From the IMG/VR virus record IMGVR_UViG_2563366883_000018: a stretch of DNA of 18,760 nucleotides. One strand, 5' to 3'. This stretch comes from a virus (taxonomy: Duplodnaviria > Heunggongvirae > Uroviricota > Caudoviricetes). The notes beneath the pieces are model-generated. The model worked only from the letters and a program-made list of their open reading frames with translations. It did not search any database and was not told the DNA's origin. How positions within the stretch are numbered: the stretch's first letter is position 1; the number at the start of each line of letters is the position of its first letter. This document shows positions 1-9,315 of this stretch, one piece after another. The position numbers were made by a program, and so were the translations under genes.

Positions 1-1284
1 TTACAGACTTCTGGAAGGTTGCGCAGCTCTTACAACACGCGGTTGATCTTCCGCAGCGTCTTCCAGTGCACTTAAATCACGGTCTTTCACTTCTGGCATT
101 TTCAGCGCAGAGATTAAACCAATCACTGAATATGCCATGATCATAATGGCGATTGGATACCAGGATTCCGTCATGGTGCAGAAAATACCTGCCAGGATAG
201 GACCAAAACCGGAAGCGATAAGACCACCAATTTCTTTTGAAATAGCCATCCGGGTAAAGCGGTTTTTACAGCCGAACATTTCTGCCATGGTAATGTTTTC
301 CAGAGCAAATAATCCCAGCACCGCACAGTTATGAATCACAATCAGTGCAACCATAATGGTGCTCGGGGCATAGCTTTTATCTACGATGATAGAAAGCATT
401 GGCCATGCCAGCACAATCGCGGAGGTATTCATAATAATATACGGGATCCGGCGACCAATTTTATCGGATAACCAACCAAGGAACGGAATGGTCATAAAGC
501 CGAGAATCGAACTGATCATCAATGCATCTGTTGGAATTGCTTTGTTAAACAATAACGTCTGTACTAAATAGCCTGCAAGGAAAGTCTGAATTAACCCGGA
601 GTTACCTGCCTGACCAAAACGCAGTCCTGTTGCCAGCCAGAAGGATTTGCTCTGGAACATGCTACCAGCAGGTGCAAGTTTTGCTGTCGGTTGGTTGCTG
701 TCGTTAACCTTCTCAAAGACCGGGCTTTCTTTCAGATTCATACGTAACCAGATAGCAAAGACCATCACGACAACGCTCGCCAGGAACGGTATACGCCATC
801 CCCACGCCAGCAGTTCCTCTTTACTGAGAATGAAGAACATAAAGGCCCAGATTGCCGTTGCGCTCAAGGTTCCGCAGTTAGTTCCCATAGCTACAAATGA
901 GGAGATAATTCCGCGCTTACCTTTTGGCGCATATTCCGCCAGCATCGTACCGGCACCGGAAATTTCCGCACCTGCACCCAACCCCTGAATAATACGCAGC
1001 GTCACCAGCAAGATGGGGGCAAAAACACCAATCTGTGCATAGGTCGGTAACACACCAATTAAGGTGGTACAGATCCCCATCATGGTGATGGTAATAAAGA
1101 GCACTTTTTTACGCCCTATTCTGTCGCCCATTTTGCCGAAAATAAATGCTCCGACAATACGCGCCACATAACCTGCACCGTAGGTTCCCATTGCCAAAAT
1201 TAACGCCATTGCCGTTGATGATTCAGGAAAAAATATTTCATGAAACACTAACGCTGCGCCGAGCGAATATAACTGGAAATCCAT
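1..1284 (-). CDS. ydfJ: MFS-family transporter (KgtP/ProP/ShiA-like), 427 aa; appears to lack the region before and including TM1, with an in-frame stop two codons upstream of the first Met
   Basis: ORF track 1..1284(-); ATG at 1284-1282, TAA at 3-1; translation has multiple hydrophobic spans and a GRK/GRR-type loop motif (DRIGRKK, DKIGRR) typical of MFS transporters; N-terminus aligns by recollection to about residue 35 of KgtP. Confidence 0.85.
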   Translation of the reverse strand: MDFQLYSLGAALVFHEIFFPESSTAMALILAMGTYGAGYVARIVGAFIFGKMGDRIGRKKVLFITITMMGICTTLIGVLPTYAQIGVFAPILLVTLRIIQGLGAGAEISGAGTMLAEYAPKGKRGIISSFVAMGTNCGTLSATAIWAFMFFILSKEELLAWGWRIPFLASVVVMVFAIWLRMNLKESPVFEKVNDSNQPTAKLAPAGSMFQSKSFWLATGLRFGQAGNSGLIQTFLAGYLVQTLLFNKAIPTDALMISSILGFMTIPFLGWLSDKIGRRIPYIIMNTSAIVLAWPMLSIIVDKSYAPSTIMVALIVIHNCAVLGLFALENITMAEMFGCKNRFTRMAISKEIGGLIASGFGPILAGIFCTMTESWYPIAIMIMAYSVIGLISALKMPEVKDRDLSALEDAAEDQPRVVRAAQPSRSL

Positions 1285-2069
1285 AATTCACAGGTGTTTT
1301 TTCCCATCCTGTGGTTTCCTTGGCGTTTTCTAGGTTTTTTCAGATAGTTGCATTTTTTAAAAAGCATCCTAAGTTCGATCTCAGTGTCTATCTGGGGCCT
1401 ATTTCTGTCCCATATATGCCCCAAAAAAACTCCCCAACAGATAAGTAGTTTTTTCATGGATTTATGCGTAAAATCAAGAACGGCTGGAAATCATTCAATA
1501 CTCACACTATCGAAAAATTTACCAGCCAACCGCAGCACGTTCTTGCATAAGGCGTGTCTGCGGTTTTTCAACTATTCAGATACATCACTCCCATCACATT
1601 CATTCCTCCGCATCAAAGGCATATAGGCTATATCACCTTGATATTTTTCTTCTTCAGATAAAAACTGTTATCTATGTATACTTTTAAACCCAATCCGTGT
1701 AGAGTCTCTGCATAAGATAGTTTGCAGTTGCCGCTTCAGCTTGCGCCATAAACCGCCTGATTTTTGCTGCCACCTGTTAGCATTCCTGTATACCTGAAAC
1801 GACAATGTTTATCTACGAACTTTAAGAACACCCAAGATAAAAATTGTCAACTATATCATATATAACACATTACTAATTCGAGGCTATATGAACAGCATAC
1901 TGATAATCACTTCTCTCCTTATCATGTTCAGCATTTTTAGTCATGCCCTAATAAAATTAGGGATTGGCATATCCAATAACCCAGACAAAACCGATGTATA
2001 AGCCAACATATCCTGAATCAGACATACAATATCGCAATGAAAATCAATAATATTTTAAGGAATATCTTC

Positions 2070-2303
2070 ATGAAATCAAAAGACACCCTAAAGTGGTTCC
2101 CTGCGCAGCTTCCTGAAGTAAGAATTATCCTAGGGGATGCTGTAGTGGAAGTAGCAAAACAGGGAAGACCTATCAATACCAGAACATTGCTTGATTACAT
2201 TGAAGGAAACATAAAGAAAAAATCATGGCTGGATAACAAAGAATTATTACAAACAGCGATATCAGTTCTTAAAGACAACCAAAATTTAAATGGTAAAATG
2301 TAA
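2070..2303 (+). CDS. ydfK: Small prophage protein, 77 aa (cold-shock-associated YdfK/YnaE family)
   Basis: ORF track 2037..2303(+); internal ATG at 2070 is preceded by AAGGAA (2056-2061) and gives the 77-aa length I recall for YdfK; the 2037 ATG has no SD. Confidence 0.75.
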   Translation: MKSKDTLKWFPAQLPEVRIILGDAVVEVAKQGRPINTRTLLDYIEGNIKKKSWLDNKELLQTAISVLKDNQNLNGKM

Positions 2304-2532
2304 TATAATAAACTTACTTTTTTATCATTTTTCCACTTTAACAACATTTTGCTCCACTTTTCCACGACCAAACAACTTGAAATCTGGTTAAAATAACACG
2401 CAACACTATTCTTCTTCCTTGAGTCCGCCCGGAACTCGAAAAACAAACCGAGTTAAAGCCATTTTTCACAAAATCGATTTTGGGTCTCACCAAAATTACG
2501 GGGTTGCATACGCATTCGTTTATTTTCGAACG

Positions 2533-2552
2533 TGTACATACAAATATGTACA
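2533..2552. promoter_or_regulatory. Perfect 8-bp-arm palindrome TGTACATA-CAAA-TATGTACA about 70 bp upstream of pinQ; candidate operator or protein-binding site
   Basis: Read directly from sequence; function not established. Confidence 0.3.
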
Positions 2553-2619
2553 AAAATAATCAAAATTATTTTCTGAGATGCATTATGATATGAACACCAA
2601 TTTCGTATAGAATCTCACT

Positions 2620-3210
2620 ATGTCTCGAATTTTTGCTTACTGTCGGATATCAACGCTGGATCAGACCACCGAAAATCAACGCCGGGAAATCGAAAGTGCA
2701 GGTTTTAAAATCAAACCTCAGCAAATAATCGAAGAACACATTAGCGGCTCAGCAGCAACCAGTGAGCGTCCTGGTTTTAACCGGTTGCTTGCTCGCCTGA
2801 AATGTGGTGATCAATTGATTGTGACAAAACTGGATCGCCTTGGTTGTAATGCAATGGATATCAGGAAAACAGTGGAACAACTGACCGAAACAGGTATCAG
2901 AGTGCATTGCTTAGCATTGGGGGGCATTGACCTGACCAGTCCAACAGGAAAAATGATGATGCAAGTAATTTCAGCAGTCGCTGAATTTGAACGAGACCTT
3001 TTACTTGAACGCACTCATTCCGGGATAGTAAGAGCCCGCGGCGCAGGGAAACGTTTTGGTCGACCACCTGTGTTAAATGAAGAACAGAAACAGGTGGTAT
3101 TCGAACGAATTAAGTCAGGTGTAAGTATAAGTGCCATTGCCCGGGAATTCAAAACCTCGCGGCAAACCATTTTAAGAGCCAAAGCAAAACTTCAGACACC
3201 TGACATATAA
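2620..3210 (+). CDS. pinQ: Serine recombinase (resolvase/invertase family, PinQ/PinR-like), 196 aa
   Basis: ORF track 2620..3210(+); N-terminal YCRISTLDQ motif with catalytic Ser10, C-terminal HTH region; strong recalled similarity to K-12 PinQ/PinR. Confidence 0.93.
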
Positions 3211-3307
3211 AAAATAATCTCGGTGTGAGATGCTTTACGTCTTCCAAGCCCCCTTCCTTGCCGTAAATGGAAAGATACATCTAATTATAGAATTTATATG
3301 TTTTACC

Positions 3308-3883
3308 CTACGGCAGTGCTGGCCATTCAATATCCTGTGCAGTTGACGTATCAACACGGTTCAGCAATACCCGATACTTTTTCCATGCTTCCAGCAACGA
3401 GATTTCTTCCTCCGTTGCAATTTCCAGATCTGCAGCATCCTGAAGCGGCGCAATATGCTCACTGGCTACCTGCATCAGGTTGTTTTTTGTTTCTTCCGCC
3501 TCCCGGATCCGGAACAGTTTTTCTGCTTCCGTATCCTTCACCCAGGCTGTGCCGTTCCACTTCTGAAACTCCCCTTCCGGGGATAACCAGGTGACATTTT
3601 CCGGTAATGGGCCAAGTTCAGAAATAAATAACGCGTCGCCGGAAGCCACGTCATAGACGGTTTTACCCCGATGATCTTCAACGAGATGCCACGATGCCTC
3701 ATCACTGTTGAAAACAGCCACGAAGCCAGCCGGAATATCTGGCGGTGCAATATAGGAACTGTTTGCTGGCAGACCTGTATGAGGCGGAATATATGCGTCA
3801 CCTTCACCAATAAATTCATTAGTTCCTGCCAGCAGATTATAAATTTTTATGGTCCGTGGTTGTTCACTCATTCTGAATGCCAT
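3308..3883 (-). CDS. tfaQ: Tail fibre assembly protein (Tfa family), 191 aa
   Basis: ORF track 3308..3883(-); ATG at 3883-3881 overlaps the stf stop by 1 nt (TAATG), indicating translational coupling; lambda Tfa-like sequence. Confidence 0.9.
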   Translation of the reverse strand: MAFRMSEQPRTIKIYNLLAGTNEFIGEGDAYIPPHTGLPANSSYIAPPDIPAGFVAVFNSDEASWHLVEDHRGKTVYDVASGDALFISELGPLPENVTWLSPEGEFQKWNGTAWVKDTEAEKLFRIREAEETKNNLMQVASEHIAPLQDAADLEIATEEEISLLEAWKKYRVLLNRVDTSTAQDIEWPALP

Positions 3884-6798
3884 TATGCAAGCCTCACAAT
3901 GTAGTTAAATGCGATGTTTTTGACAGTGTTTTCCGCGTTACCAGCAGCGTTAACGGTGATGGTGTGTCCATGTGAGCCAATCGCAACAGAGTGCGTATGA
4001 GCACCAATACCGACAGTATGTGCGTGAGCACCTGCAGATGCAGCTGTGCCGCTGACACTATGAGTGTGCGCTCCTGCAGCACTTGTATTCACACTGGCCG
4101 CAGACACTACCTTATGTACTGACCCATTTTGTGACCACTGGCTGACTGCTGATGCGCCTGTGACACTATGAGTATGGTTTCCGGCACTTGCGGCTGTACC
4201 GCTCACACTGTGCGTATGCGCCCCGGTGTTATTCGTGGATTTAGTGCCGTAATCAAACGACGATGTGGTTTTCGTCCCCAAATCCGTACTGGATGCACTG
4301 GCGCTGTGGGTGTGCGATTTAATGCCGTCCTGTTCCTGAGATAATACGGCCCGACCACTGGCAGGTTTGCCCTTAATCGTCCAGCCACGCATATCAGGGA
4401 TCACGCCTGACGGATAAGCGGTTGCAAGTTTCGGGTAAGCGGATTTGTCAAAAGTCTGCCCCTGCATCAGGGCATAACCAGACGGAACGGTATCTGATGG
4501 CCACGGGATTGGTGCGCCAGGCGGATAAAACTGCTCTGATGGCGTATAGAGTGAATAAACTGTACCGTCCGTTAACCCTTCCGGCTTATTAGCAGAATAT
4601 GCTGGTGACGTATGAATAGTCACGCTGGCATTACTGGTATAATCCCATTGAATATTTACACCAGTCGCATAATTTCCGATTGCAACGTAAATATCGTAAG
4701 TATCACCAGATGTATTGACCCAGGCAAAATTTGTAAACCCTGTCGATGTGCGCTGCCATAAAGCACCAGTAATCCCCTTCGGATTACCATTACCTGCACG
4801 CAAAACAAGTTCAGATATACCTGCCTGTTGAGGTGACCCCACGTTAAATCCCGCGCCACCAATCAACGTAATTGAAACAACAGAACTCGCCTGTGGCATG
4901 GTTACCGTTGCTAATTTGAACCAACCAGCACCACCGCTGAAGGACATTGTTGTTGAGTTAAGCGTACCAATATCTTTCGGCGTCAGTGTTATATCCGCTG
5001 AAAGCGCCTTACCATTCACCTTACGGGCAGAAGGTACCCGACCATTCGCATTATCATTAGCTGCTTTCACTGCTTTCGGTGTCGCGGCAAGCGTTTCAGA
5101 TGCGCTGTTGGTTGCACTACTGAGCTGGACAATTCCTTTTTGTGCTGTCGTAGCGTCCTGAGCAGTATATTTCCCGTTAGCAAGGTCATAGGCTGCCTTT
5201 ACCGACTTTGGCGTTGCCGCCAGCATTTCAGATGTGCTGTTGGTCGCGCTGCTGAGCTGAACTATCCCTTTCTGTGCTGTCGTTGCATCCTGTGCGGTGT
5301 ATTTCCCGTTAGCCAGCTCATACGCGGCCTTAACGGCTTTTGGCGTTGCCGCCAGTGACTCGGAAGTGCTGTTAGTCGCACTGCTGAGCTGTACTATCCC
5401 CTTTTTCGTCGTGCTCGCATCCTCAAGCGCCACGGCGGATGCAATATCCTCTGCCCGTTTTGCCGCTGTCTCGGCGCGCGTTGCCGCGGATTCCGCCGTA
5501 CTTTTGCTCTGAGCTGCCGCCGTCGCACTGCCAGCTGCCTCTGTCGCCTTCGTGGATGCCGTCGTGGCGCTGCCCTTTGCTGCTGACGCCTGTCTGGTCG
5601 CCTCATCTTTTGAAGCAGACGCAGATGATGCCGATGACGCCGCCGAACTGGCGGACGATGCGGCAGCCGTTTTTGAGGATTCTGCGCTGGTTTCCGACGC
5701 TTTCGCGTTCGTCTCGGATGTCTTCGCTGCGGAAGCAGACCTCGCTGCTGCGCTGGCCTGTTCAGTGGCTTCGCCAGCCTTCGTTGTGGCTGTTGAAGCG
5801 GACGATGCGGCGCTTTCTGCCGATTTTCCGGCAGCGGTGGCACTGGCTGAGGCCTGCCCGGCACTTGTTGACGCGGCACTGGCAGACGACGCAGCCGCTG
5901 TTTTTGAGCCTGCCGCAGCTGAGGCGCTCTGTCCCGCTGCCGTCTCAGAAGACCTGGCGTTCGTCTCGGACGTTTTTGCCGCCTTCGCGGAATTTGCTGC
6001 CGCCGTTGCCGAGGAAGCTGCGCTACTGGCGCTCGAGGATGCGTTCGTTTCTGATGATTTTGCCGCCTCTTTTGAAGCCGACGCATCCCGGGCTGAGGTG
6101 GCAGCTTCTGACGCTTTCGTAGTCGCGGTGGATGCAGAAGTGGCGGCTGATTGTTGTGACGCTGCAGCATTCGTTTCTGACGTTTTCGCGGCAGCGGCAC
6201 TGGTAGCTGCCGCGCTTTTTGAGGACTCTGCAGCGGCAGCACTTTTTTCCGCTTCAGTGGCCTTTGTTGATGCCGTTCCTGCGCTGGAAGACGCTGACTG
6301 AGCCGACGAAGCGGCCTGTCCGGCTGACGTGCTGGCTGCACGTGCTGAATCTGCAGCATCAGTCGCATGGGTTGCCGCCTCACGGGCAGATGTGCCGGCA
6401 TCACTGGCTGACTTCTTCGCGGCTGCCGTGTTCTGTGCCACCACGGACGCGTTACGCGCCACCTCTTCCACCATCTGTTCAAAACGGCGCAGTGCCTCCG
6501 GACGGGCATCATCCTCCGTCATGGCACCGAGAAAATCATTCAGCGTACCGGGTTGAGAATCTTCATACACGGTGATGGTCCCGGCATGTGACGGCGGGAA
6601 TCCTTCCACCAACAGAATAACGCTGTACTGCCCGTACTCAACGTCCATGCTGTAACGCCCGGCTTCATCCGGATTTTCTGAGGCCAGCGTGTTCACCACC
6701 ACCGTGGTGCTGTTACGTTTTGCTTTCAGCTGGATTGTGCAGTTCTGTACCGGTTTTCCTGTGCCATCTTTCAGTACACCTGAAATCTTTACTGCCAT
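3883..6798 (-). CDS. stfQ: Side tail fibre protein, full length (about 971 aa from ATG at 6798): lambda-Stf-like N-terminus, long Ala/Ser/Thr-rich central region, three tandem fibre repeats, His-rich HTHS C-terminal domain
   Basis: ORF track 3883..6804(-) begins with GTG; the ATG two codons in gives [26 protein letters not shown] (lambda Stf N-terminus as recalled) and is preceded by GGGGTGA; C-terminus ...[39 protein letters not shown] matches the lambda Stf C-terminus. Confidence 0.9.
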   Translation of the reverse strand: MAVKISGVLKDGTGKPVQNCTIQLKAKRNSTTVVVNTLASENPDEAGRYSMDVEYGQYSVILLVEGFPPSHAGTITVYEDSQPGTLNDFLGAMTEDDARPEALRRFEQMVEEVARNASVVAQNTAAAKKSASDAGTSAREAATHATDAADSARAASTSAGQAASSAQSASSSAGTASTKATEAEKSAAAAESSKSAAATSAAAAKTSETNAAASQQSAATSASTATTKASEAATSARDASASKEAAKSSETNASSSASSAASSATAAANSAKAAKTSETNARSSETAAGQSASAAAGSKTAAASSASAASTSAGQASASATAAGKSAESAASSASTATTKAGEATEQASAAARSASAAKTSETNAKASETSAESSKTAAASSASSAASSASSASASKDEATRQASAAKGSATTASTKATEAAGSATAAAQSKSTAESAATRAETAAKRAEDIASAVALEDASTTKKGIVQLSSATNSTSESLAATPKAVKAAYELANGKYTAQDATTAQKGIVQLSSATNSTSEMLAATPKSVKAAYDLANGKYTAQDATTAQKGIVQLSSATNSASETLAATPKAVKAANDNANGRVPSARKVNGKALSADITLTPKDIGTLNSTTMSFSGGAGWFKLATVTMPQASSVVSITLIGGAGFNVGSPQQAGISELVLRAGNGNPKGITGALWQRTSTGFTNFAWVNTSGDTYDIYVAIGNYATGVNIQWDYTSNASVTIHTSPAYSANKPEGLTDGTVYSLYTPSEQFYPPGAPIPWPSDTVPSGYALMQGQTFDKSAYPKLATAYPSGVIPDMRGWTIKGKPASGRAVLSQEQDGIKSHTHSASASSTDLGTKTTSSFDYGTKSTNNTGAHTHSVSGTAASAGNHTHSVTGASAVSQWSQNGSVHKVVSAASVNTSAAGAHTHSVSGTAASAGAHAHTVGIGAHTHSVAIGSHGHTITVNAAGNAENTVKNIAFNYIVRLA
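5040..5410. repeat. Three tandem copies of a repeat of about 129 bp inside stfQ, encoding ...[44 protein letters not shown] (third copy degenerate)
   Basis: Visible in the protein (three near-identical 43-aa units) and in DNA (e.g. 5091-5210 versus 5221-5340); boundaries approximate. Confidence 0.8.
5420..6470. repeat. GC-rich low-complexity region of stfQ encoding the Ala/Ser/Thr-rich segment; source of several spurious long alternative-frame ORFs
   Basis: Protein shows reiterated [18 protein letters not shown] motifs; DNA is dominated by GCNGC triplets; boundaries approximate. Confidence 0.7.
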
Positions 6799-6814
6799 AT
6801 TCACCCCACAAAAA

Positions 6815-6836
6815 AGCCCGCCTGAACCGGCGGGCT
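6815..6836 (-). terminator. Rho-independent terminator on the minus strand downstream of the lom fragment: 7-bp GC stem (6816-6822 with 6829-6835), then a T-run on the minus strand
   Basis: Minus strand reads ACAGCCCGCCGGTTCAGGCGGGCTTTTTTGTGG; the T-run overlaps the stf ribosome-binding region. Confidence 0.6.
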
Positions 6837-6862
6837 GTCATAACACTGTGTTACCTGGCTAA

Positions 6863-7300
6863 TCAGAACTTATAACCGACACCCACGATGAAACCGTCAG
6901 TGCGCCAGTCGCCACTGCCGGAGCCTTCATAAGCAATATCAATGGCCACGGATTCGGTCGGGTTAAACTGCACGCCAGCTCCCCACGCCAGAGACGTGTT
7001 GCTGTGGCGACCGTCATCACTTCCGGTCAGCACGTCGTGCGTTTTCCCCTTGTTGTCAGTTACGCGGAGATAATCCCCGGAGAAAGTCGACACACGGCTG
7101 TAAGCCATACCCGCCATCGCATACGCGCTGAACCATTCATTCACGCGCACAGACGGCCCCACCATCACGCTGAACCAGCGGTTACGCACGGAATCTTCAT
7201 GCCAGCGGGTATCGCTGTAACGGGTAAGCTGGCGATTCTTGTCTCCTGCATAGCTGCCGGACCCTCCATCCAGAATGACGCAATACGTGAACGCCGGGGA
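6863..7300 (-). pseudogene. lom: C-terminal fragment of a Lom/Ail/PagC-family outer-membrane beta-barrel protein; N-terminal part and signal peptide absent
   Basis: ORF track 6863..7189(-); frame stays open upstream to a stop at 7301-7303; translation ...[22 protein letters not shown]...AYEGSGSGDWRTDGFIVGVGYKF matches lambda Lom from about residue 85 to its C-terminal F. Confidence 0.75.
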
Positions 7301-8259
7301 TCACCATAACGACTGCCATCTGCATTGATGGATTCACCATCCCGTAACCAGACCCCACGTCCGTTCAGCTCGCGTTTTTGTTCAGGCAAAATCCGTCCTG
7401 AACAGGAAGGACACTGAATATAAGCCGCCTCACTTGCCAGCACAGGATCGGCAATATCACGGAAACCAGCAACCACATCGCCGCAGGGCTGAAAATACTC
7501 ACCACAGTGTGGACAGGGCCAGTACCAGCGACGGCGATCGCCACGGTTATAGAGCGACAGGATCCCCGTGGTTGGTGGAGCCTCATGCGGTGAAGTCCGT
7601 CGCCATTTCACATCCTTCACATCCCTGCCGGGGGAACTCTCCACCAGCGTCATACCACTGGACATAAATGTGGTGGTACGTTTTGAGGCAAGAGAGAAGG
7701 CATCCCCCTCACCATCAATATCTTCCGGAAAACGGTCATAATCCGTCAGCGCCACGCATTTATAATCTGATGAAGACATGATATTGACTGACGGCCAGCC
7801 GATTTTCAGGTAGTTGCCAGCAAGGAATGTTCTGTCATAAACGTTGTTGTCATTTTTGTTCGGACTCAGGCGACTGACCACTTCCGGGCTGACGCGAAAC
7901 GTTCTGGCGAGTCGTTTTTTGGAGTGTTCGCGGGCTTTTTCCTCCGTCATCTGAATGATCAGCATATCAGCAGGATCGCAAATCACGTTGTAAATCACCC
8001 AGCCGTCAATCAGGCCGATAGTCTTGCCGGTTCGTGCCGGGCCAACAAATATCACTGCGTCGTATTCACGCGAGGCCAGGCAGTTCATAGGCTCAATAAC
8101 ATACGGTGCCACCAGCGGATCCCACGGGACTGAGTTCCCTGCCCCCATAGGCACCCGCATATACTGAGCAACGGCATCAGCAACCCGCATTCGTCTCGGT
8201 GCGCGAAGGATATAACCTGAATCGGTTCGTGCTGCCTTTGCGGTTTCCTGATTCAGCAT
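7165..8259 (-). pseudogene. N-terminal fragment of a GpA-family large terminase subunit; the last ~40 codons of the ORF are out-of-frame lom sequence
   Basis: ORF track 7165..8259(-), 364 aa; P-loop GPARTGKT and CPHCGE zinc-finger-like motif as in lambda gpA; lambda gpA is about 641 aa, so the C-terminal half is missing; ATG at 8259 overlaps the nohA stop (TAATG). Confidence 0.8.
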
Positions 8260-8753
8260 TACTCCTCCTGCTGTAATTCCTCCTCATCATCCGCACCTGC
8301 TTCAGTCACCCGCAGGGCTATCTGATCGCGCAGATCATCAATAATGGACTGAACACGGCTCACAGCGGCAGGCTGCAGACCGCAGTCACGTTCAAGAATA
8401 TCCGGTAATGTCTCCAGCACCTGCACGACCGCTTTTGCCCAGATGGCAAACTCCCGTCTGACATCACTGGCCGGAATGAGTTGTGCCGTTTCCTGTTCGA
8501 ACTTAAGACGCTCACGTTCAGACTGATACCAGGCTTTGCGCTCATGCGCGTCCATTTCGCCTTCTGCAACCGGCGGTGGTAATGCCAGAAATGCCGACAC
8601 AATATCAACCACCCGATAAAGCTTGAGGTTGCTTTCATGCCCCCCTGCAACGGGTAGATTTTGCAGCCTTGCCGCAGCAGTCTGGCGATGTACACCTGAC
8701 AATGCCGCCAGTTGACTGATATTCAGCGTCAGATTTTTTAACTCTCGATCCAT
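8259..8753 (-). CDS. nohA: Terminase small subunit (Nu1-like), 164 aa, with N-terminal HTH
   Basis: ORF track 8259..8753(-); N-terminal HTH-like [24 protein letters not shown], acidic C-terminus; position immediately downstream of a cos-like site and upstream of the large terminase; the gene symbol rests on position and on a recalled NohA/NohQ identity. Confidence 0.8.
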   Translation of the reverse strand: MDRELKNLTLNISQLAALSGVHRQTAAARLQNLPVAGGHESNLKLYRVVDIVSAFLALPPPVAEGEMDAHERKAWYQSERERLKFEQETAQLIPASDVRREFAIWAKAVVQVLETLPDILERDCGLQPAAVSRVQSIIDDLRDQIALRVTEAGADDEEELQQEE

Positions 8754-8899
8754 ACCCGCTCCAGAATGTTTTAAACATGTATCTTGCGAACAACTTTAGG
8801 CAAACGGTGTTAGTGATGAACAAAAAACAATCAGAATCGACACCATAAAAATAAAACCACTGTAATATCAATCAATTACAGTAGTGGTGATGACGAATA

Positions 8900-8968
8900 A
8901 AATTTCAAAAACTAGCCTTTTTCCGCGACGCTCCCGCCCCGTGGCAGGGGCCCCCACCGGGAGGACCC
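8900..8968 (-). other. cos site of the lambdoid prophage (cosQ-cosN-like segment, with cosB presumed between it and nohA)
   Basis: Minus strand reads GGGTCCTCCCGGTG-15 nt-GGGGCGGGAGCGTCGCGG...TTTTTGAAATTTTATTCGTCAT, paralleling the lambda cos junction GGGTCCTTTCCGGTG-15 nt-GGGCGGCGACCTCGCGGG...TGAAAATTTTCC...TTCGTCAT as I recall it. Confidence 0.5.
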
Positions 8969-8992
8969 GACAGCCTGACAGCCTGACAGCCG
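8969..8992. repeat. Three tandem copies of an 8-bp unit GACAGCCT (last copy GACAGCCG) next to the cos-like element
   Basis: Read directly from sequence. Confidence 0.8.
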
Positions 8993-9127
8993 TGATGAGC
9001 ATCTGATACAGCGCTTTACATAATGGCATAGGAATAATTCAGAAGGACATCACAGCATGCCCACACAAATTAGTGTGAGTGTCCTGTTTCTTCCTACGCA
9101 CAGGACTGACGAGCATGAGGGGAAAAT

Positions 9128-9295
9128 ATGCGAACCATAAATGCCTCATCTTCAGCAATGCAACCGGCATCCGAACAGGACGATATTGTAAATTCACCTA
9201 ATTACGAGGACATTGCAGTAGTTGAATTGCAGCTCTGTATTAGCCTGACAGTGACAGAATGCGATATTGACTCTGTCACAGGTGAAATAGTTTGA
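9128..9295 (+). CDS. Hypothetical acidic small protein, 55 aa (below the ORF-track threshold)
   Basis: ATG at 9128 preceded by GAGGGG (9117-9122) with 5-nt spacing; TGA at 9293-9295; no recognisable domain. Confidence 0.3.
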   Translation: MRTINASSSAMQPASEQDDIVNSPNYEDIAVVELQLCISLTVTECDIDSVTGEIV

Positions 9296-9315
9296 ATGAT
9301 TAGCAGTTATGGTGC

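Noticed and set aside
137-988. Plus-strand ORFs 137..334, 386..571, 647..988 antisense to ydfJ
   Set aside because: Entirely within and antisense to a well-supported MFS transporter gene; no SD and no recognisable protein features.
1248-1626. ORFs 1248..1457 (minus) and 1348..1626 (plus) in the ydfJ upstream region
   Set aside because: Overlapping, low-complexity translations in an AT-rich intergenic region; the minus ORF overlaps the ydfJ start out of frame. Likely chance ORFs.
2037-2069. Upstream ATG at 2037 as an alternative ydfK start (88 aa)
   Set aside because: No SD before 2037, whereas the ATG at 2070 has AAGGAA and gives the 77-aa product; the longer form is not excluded.
2304-3310. 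gix/hix/pix-type 26-bp crossover sites for a Pin invertase, flanking pinQ or inside stfQ
   Set aside because: The best candidate (AACTCG-N10-CGAGTT at 2433-2454, containing AAACCGAG) matches only part of the gix core, and nothing similar occurs between pinQ and tfaQ or in the stf 3' half. PinQ looks resolvase-like and there is no alternative tfa/stf cassette, so no invertible segment is called.
5394-6512. Long ORFs in the ORF track (5394..6512 minus, 5439..6122 plus, 5552..6301 plus, 6219..6575 plus) overlapping stfQ
   Set aside because: They lie in the GC-rich Ala/Ser-coding repeat tract of stfQ; their translations are Arg/Pro/Gln- or Ala/Asp-rich low-complexity strings with no start context. 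They are alternative-frame artefacts.
8969-8992. Short tandem repeats as a possible CRISPR array
   Set aside because: Only three contiguous 8-bp units with no spacers; not CRISPR architecture.
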